Positions 52,529-61,721 of a stretch of 64,000 nucleotides of DNA are shown here, in pieces (position 1 is the stretch's first letter; every line of letters begins with the position of its first letter). Position numbers and translations under genes: made by a program. The notes under the pieces are model-generated. The model saw nothing but the letters and a program-made list of their open reading frames with translations. It searched no databases and was not told the origin of the DNA. Where the stretch lies: assembly GCA_965215265.1 (NCBI GenBank), contig OZ244048.1:3680001-3744000 (forward strand), written 5' to 3'. Source of the stretch: Candidatus Poribacteria bacterium. Lineage in GTDB: Bacteria; Poribacteria; WGA-4E; WGA-3G.

Positions 52529-53572
52529 TTAAGGAGTAACAGCCCTCACACACCGGAACCCGGCGCCGTAGCTGCCCGCGGCCGTTGGTATACCCCCGAA
52601 GCGATTAGCGGCGCGCAGGAGCCGCGTATTACCGAACCAGGTACTGCCGCGCAACACGCGATATGACCAAACATCTGTATAGTTATCTACAATCTCATCC
52701 ACATTCGCTATCGTTCCGCCACTCACCCCACTCAACGGATTCCGAGATGGAGAATTAGCATAGAAATTCGCATCCCACTCATCAAGACACCACTCCGACA
52801 CGTTGCCTGCCATGTCATATAGCCCATACCCGTTCGCAGCATAACTCCCCACAGCCGTTGTATCGTTTACATTCCTATCGTAGTTCGCGTTCGCAGGGGA
52901 TATCGTATTTCCCCACGGATACTTCCGTCCTGCCTCCCCACCGCGGGCCGCTTTCTCCCACTCCGCCTCCGTTGGAAGACGCTTCCCTGCCCACGCAGCA
53001 TACGCCATCGCACCATACCACGACACACGTGTCACGGGATGGTCCCCCTTACCCACTGGATAGTTATTACCTTCCCAATGCCATAGGTAACTACCTATGT
53101 GGAAGGCATCCGGAATCCGCGTCTTCTGCCACTCGGGATTCGCCAGCACAAAACTTTTATACTCGGCGTTCGTCACTTCGTGCGTGTCCATATAGAACGC
53201 GTCCACATGCACTGTATGCACAGGTTGTTCGTTATCCCACGCATCAGCATCCTCACTGCCCATCTGGAACTCGCCCGCGGGGATGAGCACCATCCCTGCA
53301 GGTGGCGGCACGGCTTTGCCCAGGTGCCCCGCTACCAAGATTAGATCGAGGATATTCACAATACCATCACCGTTTACATCAGGAGTCGGCCCCTCAGCGG
53401 TAACCGCAACCTCCCCAAAATGAGACGCAACCCCAGCCAAATCAAGCACATTTATGACTCCATCGCCATTGAAATCGAAAGCCTTTAGCGTCTCAAAATC
53501 CGAGGCTTTGATAGAAACACACAACACCGCGACAAGCAACAAGCTCAGAATCGGTACACCTTTTTTATTCAT
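52529..53572 (-). CDS. secreted dockerin + FGE-sulfatase (C-type lectin fold) protein, candidate DGR target
   Basis: Signal peptide, DFNGDGVINVLDL and DVNGDGIVNILDL, PAGEFQMGS, RLPTEAEWEKAARG, GLYDMAGNVSEW and GFRCVR. Confidence 0.9.
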   Translation of the reverse strand: MNKKGVPILSLLLVAVLCVSIKASDFETLKAFDFNGDGVINVLDLAGVASHFGEVAVTAEGPTPDVNGDGIVNILDLILVAGHLGKAVPPPAGMVLIPAGEFQMGSEDADAWDNEQPVHTVHVDAFYMDTHEVTNAEYKSFVLANPEWQKTRIPDAFHIGSYLWHWEGNNYPVGKGDHPVTRVSWYGAMAYAAWAGKRLPTEAEWEKAARGGEAGRKYPWGNTISPANANYDRNVNDTTAVGSYAANGYGLYDMAGNVSEWCLDEWDANFYANSPSRNPLSGVSGGTIANVDEIVDNYTDVWSYRVLRGSTWFGNTRLLRAANRFGGIPTAAGSYGAGFRCVRAVTP

Positions 53573-53662
53573 TGTAAAGAACTCCTTATTTTTCAAGTGA
53601 ATCTATTTGTTCGTTTTTTGACGTGCCGGGGAGCGGGGCACGCTGCACCGCCCTTTCCGGCC

Positions 53663-54271
53663 TTACTTCCTAATCAACATCTTCTGCGTGGCGGAGAAGT
53701 CGCCCGCGCGCAGCGTATAGAAATAGATACCACTCGCAACACGCTCACCAGAGGCGTTGCGCCCATCCCAATACGCGGCGCGTGCCTTGCTCTCGTAGCG
53801 GCCCGCCGCTTGAGGCCCTAACGCTAACGTCCTAACCAAATGCCCGTCCAACGCATAGATGGACACCTCCACATCCGCTGACACTGCCAACTGATAAGGT
53901 ATCCACGTCTCTGGGTTGAACGGATTCGGATAGTTCGCTAACAGCCGTGGCCGCGCCACGGGCTGCATCTCGGTTAGCACCTGCTCAAGGTTCGCTATCC
54001 CCTTTGCAAAAACCGCGGAGCCGTCATTGTTGGCACGTAACAGCGACAACCACTCTGCAACCGTTTCGTGAGAAACCGAGTCAGCGGACACGGCAGGCAA
54101 GCTACGGTCTATGCCTGCCTGCCCGTTAACCGGCGGGGCGATGTGCCGCGTCTCTGAGTGAACCGGCATCAAGCCGCGTTGCGCTCTTACCAGCCCGTAG
54201 CAGGCAAACACTAACACCAGCCCCCCTAACAAAACCACGATGCCTTTTTTCGGGTTCATCCAATCTTTCAT
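53663..54271 (-). CDS. secreted protein with a FlgD-Ig/T9SS-like C-terminal domain
   Basis: LLANYPNPFNPETWIPYQL...WDGRN..GE.VASGIYFY. Confidence 0.85.
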   Translation of the reverse strand: MKDWMNPKKGIVVLLGGLVLVFACYGLVRAQRGLMPVHSETRHIAPPVNGQAGIDRSLPAVSADSVSHETVAEWLSLLRANNDGSAVFAKGIANLEQVLTEMQPVARPRLLANYPNPFNPETWIPYQLAVSADVEVSIYALDGHLVRTLALGPQAAGRYESKARAAYWDGRNASGERVASGIYFYTLRAGDFSATQKMLIRK

Positions 54272-54506
54272 TTCAAAAATCCTTTCGGACGATGACGTAC
54301 AGTATCTATGCCATTATGGCAACGGTCAAGTTTATCAGAAAACAACGTTTTTTGTCTGACTCAAAGGTTAGTTGGCATTATTGCACAATGAACGTTTTTT
54401 GGCAACTCTTTTTTCCGAATTAAAAAAGAGACGAATACATTCTAGCAGAAAACAATACTTTTTGTCAAACTTTTTTCTCACATCCGGATTATCATCAAAA
54501 AACCTT

Positions 54507-56498
54507 TTAGAATTTGCCAAAAACCCGCACGAAGAGCTCCATGAAATTCTGATCATTCACTTCACCTATTGCACGCTGATCGATGTATCGGGCACCGATG
54601 TGCAGAAAGAGTTGCTTGCGGTATGCGACAAAACTCTTTTCCATCTCCGCCAATAGGGCCTGCCGTACAAAATCGTTATCGTCATGAATCATGTCGTTAA
54701 AGAGCAGAATCTGTCCGCCGCCGGTAAGTTTGATGGTTTTTGTGAATTGATAGACGACTTTGAGGATGAGTGCGGGTGTCATATCGCGTACATCCGCCTG
54801 TTCGATTTTGCGGAGTCGTAGGCGGCGGGTAAGGAGCATCCCCTCGATTTCCTCTTTCAAGACGAGGTCTTCAAGCCGGTCCTCAGCCATCCGGAATCCA
54901 TTTCGGACGGTGTATTTGAACATAGGACTGATTTCGAGTGATTTGGAAGGTCTCAGTCGATAGAGCATTTTGAAAATTCCGACTTCGTAATGTTGATTGT
55001 GATTGTCGAAATCGATATTATATTGAAGTTTCGCACGGGCGGTTGTAACGAGCCGGTCGATGCCTAGGTATTCCCAGGTAATTTTCGCGGTGTTAATGAG
55101 GTCGTTCTGCATGAGAAGCGGGTCTCTGCGTCGTCTTTCTACTTCAGTTCCTCCGTCAACGTTGAAGAACTGCAAATCGCCGTTTGCCTCTAATTCGGTG
55201 ACTTCTGGCTGTGCACGATAGAGTCGCTCCTCTGCTTTGCTTAGGAATCCTGCATAATACCATGTTTCATCAGGGATTCGGTCTTTTACGAGTTTGAGTT
55301 CGTTTTCAAAGACGAGTGAAGAGGCGCGTGCGAGTTGTCTCTGGTAAATGAGATTGGCGAAGGCTTTGGTTGAAGAGGGTGTATTTCTGAGTCTGAGGTT
55401 TTTTTCGAGTTGCAGTCCGAGGTCCCAATCAACGATGCTTCCTTGAAGTTTCTGTTTACGGTTCATGAAGAGGCGTATGCCTTGGAGTCCGACATTGAAT
55501 TCGTAATTAGGTTCTTTATCGTTTTCTTCCTCGTCGCGGATTCCGTTGTTGTTGGGGTCGCTTTCATCAAGGAAGTCTTCATCGACATCAAAAAGCAGAA
55601 TATCGTCCTCATAATCAAAGGTTCCATTGTTGTTCTTATCCAGATCGCCTGGGATGATGAGTGAAGGCGGGTCAAGTGGGGTGTTGTCGGTGTACCGGTC
55701 TTGGTCATCATTATCGCCAACCGATCGAGATGCATCAAACCGGGGTCCGACGCGAAAGGCTTCTGCCTGAAAGATCGTGTCTCCGACGGTTTGAAACGCT
55801 TTAAGTACGGTTGTCGTTGCGTCGAAGCGGGAACGGAGTTTTTTTTGTAAGGCGGTTTTGGGTGTGATAGCGACCTCGGCTTTTATGCCGTAGTTTGTGA
55901 AGTTGGTTTCCATATCCACTGCCCAGACGGGTATTTCGCGGAAGTACCAGGAGAGCCCGAGCTGCGATTTGCCAAATTTAGTGACTTCCCGCAGTCCGAT
56001 GCCAGAGCCTTCTGTAGTCTGCTCTTGGCCGTTCAGTCTATTGAGTAGTCCGGGCACCATTAAGATCGTCCAATCCGTGTGTTCGGAGCGGACTTCCCAT
56101 CGCACACCGGAGAGGTCTATCTGATCGAAGGTGAATTTGGTGAAAGTTGTGGGGACTTCCCCGAGGCTCAGGATGTTCTTGACACTGCCTGCGGTCTCCT
56201 CGATCACCATAACGCTGTGGAAGCCGCGCCGGAAGAGCCTATCGAAATCGAAGCTGTCCTGTCGGACCTGTTCTTCTTCAGTATCAGCGAGGAAGTTTCG
56301 CCTATTTGTGAAATCGTATTCAACACGTCCCGACAAAAATAATTTCCCAAATAAGCTGTAGACATCCTCGGCTTCAGCACGGAGAGCAGAGGAAATTAGG
56401 TAAAGAATGATGAGGTAAGCTATGAGTTTTCGGACATTTGCAGGCTGGAGTAGCGCTTTTATGCAGGCAAAGTCCCAGTTTCTATAAGAAACTTTCAA
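54507..56498 (-). CDS. hypothetical outer-membrane beta-barrel-like protein with acidic Ca-binding-like loops
   Basis: Signal-like segment, amphipathic strands, DKNNNG and DPNNNG loops, C-terminal VRVFGKF. Confidence 0.7.
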   Translation of the reverse strand: MKVSYRNWDFACIKALLQPANVRKLIAYLIILYLISSALRAEAEDVYSLFGKLFLSGRVEYDFTNRRNFLADTEEEQVRQDSFDFDRLFRRGFHSVMVIEETAGSVKNILSLGEVPTTFTKFTFDQIDLSGVRWEVRSEHTDWTILMVPGLLNRLNGQEQTTEGSGIGLREVTKFGKSQLGLSWYFREIPVWAVDMETNFTNYGIKAEVAITPKTALQKKLRSRFDATTTVLKAFQTVGDTIFQAEAFRVGPRFDASRSVGDNDDQDRYTDNTPLDPPSLIIPGDLDKNNNGTFDYEDDILLFDVDEDFLDESDPNNNGIRDEEENDKEPNYEFNVGLQGIRLFMNRKQKLQGSIVDWDLGLQLEKNLRLRNTPSSTKAFANLIYQRQLARASSLVFENELKLVKDRIPDETWYYAGFLSKAEERLYRAQPEVTELEANGDLQFFNVDGGTEVERRRRDPLLMQNDLINTAKITWEYLGIDRLVTTARAKLQYNIDFDNHNQHYEVGIFKMLYRLRPSKSLEISPMFKYTVRNGFRMAEDRLEDLVLKEEIEGMLLTRRLRLRKIEQADVRDMTPALILKVVYQFTKTIKLTGGGQILLFNDMIHDDNDFVRQALLAEMEKSFVAYRKQLFLHIGARYIDQRAIGEVNDQNFMELFVRVFGKF

Positions 56499-59400
56499 AA
56501 AATATCCTCCGATCCGTAGGATTCAGTGAAGGTGGTCCAGAGTTCTGTACGTTTATCAAGCCTGCTGAGGCCCCGATAGGTGCCGAACCAGACGTAAGTT
56601 CTGCCAATAGCCATAGAAAGGATCCCGTTATGGGTTAAGCCATCTTTTCGGGTGTAAGTTGTCCAACGATTTGTGAGTCGATCGAACCGGCTGATTCCTG
56701 CATTGTATGTCCCGATCCATACGTTTGTGCCATCGACACCGATAGTGGTGACTTTATTGCTAGCGAGGCCATCTTCATCGGTGTAAGATGTCCAATTGTC
56801 GATTTTTTCATTGTATACAGTAACGCCTCGGTCGCTGCCAAACCAGACGCGATTCCCGTCGATAGCGATACAAGTGACCTCGTTGCTTGCCAACCCATCT
56901 GCTGCAGTAATTGTGCGCCAGGTATCTCGTCCAATATCGTAACGACTGACTCCTCGGCGGGTGCCGATCCATACATGTTTTTTGCTTGTAGCAATGCACC
57001 AAATTTCGTCTGTAACCAATGACTCTGCGAATTCCTTTGAGACGGCGGATGGCTGGATTTCGGTGCCGGAGGTATAAGCAATCCAAGCGTTGAGGTCATC
57101 AGCTGTCCGCGGGTATTTGCCGATGCCGGAGGTAGTTCCTACCCAGATGTTATGACCGTCGTTGCTGACAGCCGTCACATTGTTTGCAGGTAATCCGTGT
57201 TCGGTTTTGTACTGATCCCAACGCAGCGCGAGTTTATCAAAGCGATTTGCACCGTCGCGGGTGCCGATCCAGACGTATTGTTCATCAACGACAATGGAGC
57301 TGATAGCGTTATCGGAGAGTGTATCACGAGATTTAGGACGGTGGCGGTGCCAATGCCCCCCGTGCGTCTCTATTGCTTCCGACCCGCCCTTTTGCTGGTA
57401 ATTCTTCCATGTTCCGAGGGATTTATCATAGCGAGACATGCCATTATCTGTACCGACCCATACAAACCGTTCGTCTGTATCTACCGTCCGGATTGTATTA
57501 TCAGCAAGGGTTGGCAAGGCGGTGTAAGCAGCCCATGATTCCTTCTGTTTATCATAACGTGAGAGCCCGCGTAACGTTCCGACCCAGACGTAGTCCTTAT
57601 CGACAGCGAGTCCGTATTCATTGGCGTGGTTATGGAGTAAGCCGTTGCGATCACGAAACGATGTCCAGGTGCCTGATGCGAAATGGAATCTACGCAAACC
57701 TTCATTAGGCGTAGCCAACCAGAGGTAATCTTCATCTGTAGCGAGTTCGGTAGTGCCGTTGCCAGACTTAATCGTGGTCCACTCCTGTGTGCGCTTATCG
57801 TATCGGGTGACTCCTGCATTATCCCAGGGTCTGTAGAGTATCCAAATTGCCTCCTTTGTAGAGATGATTTGTCTGACGGTAGCGGCGGCCAGGACATCAT
57901 TGGTTGAAAATGTGGTCCATTTTTTTGTTTTTTTGTTGTAGCGTGATAGTGGTCGATTGCTATCTCTATCCCATTCAGAGCGTGCGACCCAGATAAAATC
58001 GTCATCGACAGTAATCCATTCTGCGCCTCTTCCGGCCAACCCGTCGCGTGGTGTGAAAAGTCCCCATTCGCCTGTGGTTTCATTGTAACGGTGAAGTCCG
58101 CGCCCTGAACCGAACCATACTTCTGGGCCGTCAACCCCAAGCGCATTCACCCGTTCAATTTCCTCTCTCTTTTCTTGTACGATGACCTTCCATGTGCCGT
58201 CCGCTTTATTGTAACGGTTCAATTCCATTCCTATTATTGGAATGACCCAGACGCTGTGTTTGCTGACAGCAATCTTATCGACATCGTTGGTAGAGAGTCC
58301 ATCTTCGCGCGTAAAATGTTCCCAGGTATCCGCTGCTTTATCGTAACGAAGTACCCCCAAGTCCGTGGTGAACCAGACAGCGTCGGTATCTATATAAATC
58401 CAACGAATTAAAGTCATCGTTTTTTTCTGCGTTGACTTAAGAATATCCATTCGGGTAAAACGCTGCCAGGTTTCGGTCGGACGGTGGAACCGTAAAATAC
58501 ATCCATTGGGGGAAGAGTGCCAGTTATTGAACCAAACGTAGTCTCCGTCAAATTTAATATTAGAGAGTGTGATTTCACGAAGCGGTGTCCGTTCGGGCCG
58601 TGATTGATGCAGCACCGGTTCGCTATTGGGAGTACGATACTCAACAAGTCCGGCAGATGTTGCTAACCAAAGGGTGCGGTCTGTATCGATCAAGATGTCC
58701 CGGATGTTGAAAGAGATGTTTGGGAGAGCTTTCCAAGAGCTGGAAGTAAGCGAGTAGCTGCCAAGTCCACGTGGTGTGCCTATCCAGAGGATATCTTCTT
58801 GGCTGTTAGCAGGATCCGCTGGCTGAAAAGCGAGGGCAGTGACATTGGTGAAGGGTAATTGTTTATTAAACGCCATCGGTTCCCAGCGCTGTTGTGTGTT
58901 GTCATATCGTGCGACACCGTTGCGCGTTCCTGCCCACAACGTGGTACCAGTAGAAAGGAGGACATTCACATACGGATGGGGCAGTCCCTCGGATGCGTTC
59001 TTTAATTTCTTCTCGGCGATGGTGTAATGCAAAATACCTGTCGCGCCGCCGAACCAGACACTTCCGTCGCAGGAAAGCACGGTGGAGATAAATGGAGCTG
59101 TAGAGGTATTCTTCGCTTGCGTTTTAGCACGGAGTGAGATGCATTTTTGAGAGGCCGGGTCATACTTAGCGGGGCCTGAATTCGTCCCGAGCCAGATGAC
59201 ATCAGCATCCTCATCGGTATCGAGTGCTGTCACAAAGGCATCTCTTTGTGCGAGTGTTGACTGGGGTGCATAAAAGGTCCAGTCGCCGCCTGAATATGCA
59301 CGTGAGCCAAGTCCTCGGTCCGTAGCGATCCAGATCTGCGGCTCCTTCATCTGACTCGCTTGACTCGTTGATTTTTTTTGGGTTGATTCGGTTGCTTTCG

Positions 59401-60718
59401 TCTGAACGTCTATGGACATAATGTATGATGTGGGGAGCCCGTCTTCTTTGGAGATGACTTCCCACTTTTGGGTTTGTGGTGTGTAGATAGAGACACCGGA
59501 TGCGGTAGCGATCCAAAGGTTTCCATCTGCGTCGCGTGAGATGTGACGGACATCGTTATCTGCGAGAAAATCGGCTTGTTTGTACTGCGTCCACTCGCCA
59601 CTCACTTTATCAAACCGGCTGACACCGTCTTCTTTGCTGCCGAACCAGACATCATTGCCTTGTGTAGTAATCCAAGAGACATGATTACTTGACAGTCCAT
59701 CAGTTTTCGTATAGTGAACCCAAGTATTGACAGGCTTAATAAAACGGTGAACGCCTGCGTTCGCCGTGCCGAACCAGACCTGGAATCCGTCTGCGTGAAT
59801 AGATGTGATGATATTACTTTTGAGTAGATCGGTTTTGGTGAAGGTTTTGATAAAGGTTTGGTCGACTTGATTATATTGACTGACACCCTCCTTTTTAGTG
59901 CCGAACCAAACGCTATCTTCGTCAACGGCAATGGTGGCAATTTGTGTGTCTATGAGTCCATCTGATTTAGTATAGTTATTCCATGAATCGGTATCGCGAT
60001 GGTAGCGACTCACACCGCCTTTGCTAAATCTGGGGTCTTCGTCCCAGCCATACGGATCCGGATTTATTTCTTTATCGGTTCCGACCCATACGTACTCTGG
60101 TTCGACAGCAATTGTCGTAATGACTTTACTGACTAACCCATCTTTCCGGGTTCGGACTGCCCAACTGTCAATTGTTTTGTCATAACGGTTGAGTCCGTTA
60201 GACGTTCCGAACCAGACGTAGTTTCCGTCTACAGCGATTGAGGAGACCATGTCACTTGCAAGTCCATCAATACTACGGAAAGTGGCAAAGGTGCTGTTCT
60301 GCATATCATAGCGGCTTACGCCTTCATCTGTAGCGAACCAAATCCAATCTCCGTCGATTGCGACAGCATTCACAGCATCGTTCGCGAGTCCATCTTCCAT
60401 AGTGTAGTGCGTCCACTGATCTAGTTCACGCTGCCAGCGCGAAACGCCGGCTTCAGTAGCAAACCAGACATTATAGGAGTCGGCAGCAATACAGTTGACT
60501 TCGTTACTGACGAGGGTCTGCTCAACCTTCCATGTTTTTTCTGCACGAGAATCTGAGGGAAAATCCTGCAGCGAGATATCAGACGGGATGTCGGGTGTCA
60601 ATGTCGTACAACCCGCCATCATAAAGAGTAACGGCACTAGTAAAAGTTTGCCAACCAACATTGGAACGAAGTCGGTTATCCTTGCCTGTTTGTCCATTTC
60701 TACCTCTCCTTTTTGCAA
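56495..60718 (-). CDS. large multi-beta-propeller lipoprotein (Reg_prop-like repeats)
   Basis: Lipobox MAGC; many DGL.SN.V..IA.DG..VW(F/I)GT..G(V/L)SRYD repeats; no kinase domain. Confidence 0.85.
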   Translation of the reverse strand: MQKGEVEMDKQARITDFVPMLVGKLLLVPLLFMMAGCTTLTPDIPSDISLQDFPSDSRAEKTWKVEQTLVSNEVNCIAADSYNVWFATEAGVSRWQRELDQWTHYTMEDGLANDAVNAVAIDGDWIWFATDEGVSRYDMQNSTFATFRSIDGLASDMVSSIAVDGNYVWFGTSNGLNRYDKTIDSWAVRTRKDGLVSKVITTIAVEPEYVWVGTDKEINPDPYGWDEDPRFSKGGVSRYHRDTDSWNNYTKSDGLIDTQIATIAVDEDSVWFGTKKEGVSQYNQVDQTFIKTFTKTDLLKSNIITSIHADGFQVWFGTANAGVHRFIKPVNTWVHYTKTDGLSSNHVSWITTQGNDVWFGSKEDGVSRFDKVSGEWTQYKQADFLADNDVRHISRDADGNLWIATASGVSIYTPQTQKWEVISKEDGLPTSYIMSIDVQTKATESTQKKSTSQASQMKEPQIWIATDRGLGSRAYSGGDWTFYAPQSTLAQRDAFVTALDTDEDADVIWLGTNSGPAKYDPASQKCISLRAKTQAKNTSTAPFISTVLSCDGSVWFGGATGILHYTIAEKKLKNASEGLPHPYVNVLLSTGTTLWAGTRNGVARYDNTQQRWEPMAFNKQLPFTNVTALAFQPADPANSQEDILWIGTPRGLGSYSLTSSSWKALPNISFNIRDILIDTDRTLWLATSAGLVEYRTPNSEPVLHQSRPERTPLREITLSNIKFDGDYVWFNNWHSSPNGCILRFHRPTETWQRFTRMDILKSTQKKTMTLIRWIYIDTDAVWFTTDLGVLRYDKAADTWEHFTREDGLSTNDVDKIAVSKHSVWVIPIIGMELNRYNKADGTWKVIVQEKREEIERVNALGVDGPEVWFGSGRGLHRYNETTGEWGLFTPRDGLAGRGAEWITVDDDFIWVARSEWDRDSNRPLSRYNKKTKKWTTFSTNDVLAAATVRQIISTKEAIWILYRPWDNAGVTRYDKRTQEWTTIKSGNGTTELATDEDYLWLATPNEGLRRFHFASGTWTSFRDRNGLLHNHANEYGLAVDKDYVWVGTLRGLSRYDKQKESWAAYTALPTLADNTIRTVDTDERFVWVGTDNGMSRYDKSLGTWKNYQQKGGSEAIETHGGHWHRHRPKSRDTLSDNAISSIVVDEQYVWIGTRDGANRFDKLALRWDQYKTEHGLPANNVTAVSNDGHNIWVGTTSGIGKYPRTADDLNAWIAYTSGTEIQPSAVSKEFAESLVTDEIWCIATSKKHVWIGTRRGVSRYDIGRDTWRTITAADGLASNEVTCIAIDGNRVWFGSDRGVTVYNEKIDNWTSYTDEDGLASNKVTTIGVDGTNVWIGTYNAGISRFDRLTNRWTTYTRKDGLTHNGILSMAIGRTYVWFGTYRGLSRLDKRTELWTTFTESYGSEDIF

Positions 60719-61178
60719 CCTATGTTACTTTGGCGGCTTCAAGTTTGTGACGAAATTTCTCCCACTCAAAGAGCCACGACGTATCCAATCGTATCAAATC
60801 ATCGCTCACCTGTCTGAAGCAGAAATTCTCCTAAGCAGAATCAACTGCACCCGTGCACTATGCTATGTATTGGTTGATCTGCTAGTTTTCCTCCTATTTA
60901 CTTCAAAATCAGGATTCGCGCGCTATTTCAAAAATATGTTTAAGAATGCTACTACATTTTACATCAAATATCAATGCTTTTTTCAAAAAAACGTTTCGGT
61001 TTTCTCATCAGTGTGTATGAAAATACAAAAGAAGTGCGACTGATGTTTCCTGACTATACTCAGATTTTTTCTATCTTGTGAACATTAATGTCTAAAAAAT
61101 GAACTGTAAGAAAGCAGACCGTTAGACAAGCTCGGTGAGAAATCCTATTTTGGCCGGGGTTTCGCCCTTGAACGGTAT

Positions 61179-61195
61179 TTGGCATAAAAATTGCA
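61179..61195 (+). promoter_or_regulatory. sigma54 promoter 1
   Basis: TTGGCATAAAAATTGCA fits GG-N10-GC. Confidence 0.6.
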
Positions 61196-61469
61196 CTTTT
61201 ATCTAGATAATATCATAAAGACGAAGCAGAGAATGAGGAAGGTAGTGCTTCTGGGAAACGCAGAATAGTGGTACAGAAGCTCGCCTGAACAAGATGCAAT
61301 TCACAGAGCGCTCTTCTGATAAGAGAAAAAAAAGCCGCTAGTCGCCATAATAGGGGAATAGGTCAAGCCTCGCTACAGACAATGCCCGCCCCAGACAGGT
61401 TTCGCTATGCCCACAAAGGAAACAGCCAAAAATTGCATGCCAAATAGGTTTTCTTCGGCATCACGCCGC

Positions 61470-61516
61470 TGCCCTATTTTGTGCAATTAGATTTAAGGTA
61501 TGCCCTATTTTGTGCA
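61470..61516. promoter_or_regulatory. tandem enhancer-like sites for a sigma54 activator
   Basis: TGCCCTATTTTGTGCA occurs twice, exactly, 31 bp apart. Confidence 0.6.
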
Positions 61517-61567
61517 GCGCTTTTTGACCATTTAGCTAAGAATCGCACCCGCGTCGCATTGTTCGGA

Positions 61568-61584
61568 TTGGCACGTAATTTGCT
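61568..61584 (+). promoter_or_regulatory. sigma54 promoter 2
   Basis: TTGGCACGTAATTTGCT, a near-perfect -24/-12 consensus. Confidence 0.8.
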
Positions 61585-61721
61585 CATTTCTACGATAACC
61601 GAATCTATGTTAGATAATGGTTGCTGCTACGCTTGTCTAGAAGGAGATTAGCAATTCTATTCAGAGATTGTACAAACTTGAACAGCTTCAGTTAATTCAT
61701 CCGTAAGGAGGATACAAACGA

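Noticed and set aside
56495-60718. Hybrid two-component sensor call for the propeller protein
   Set aside because: There is no Y_Y_Y, transmembrane, kinase or receiver domain; the protein is repeats to its end.
61425-61443. Reverse-strand TTGGCATGCAATTTTTGGC as a sigma54 promoter for the propeller gene
   Set aside because: The GC is not at the required GG-N10-GC spacing.
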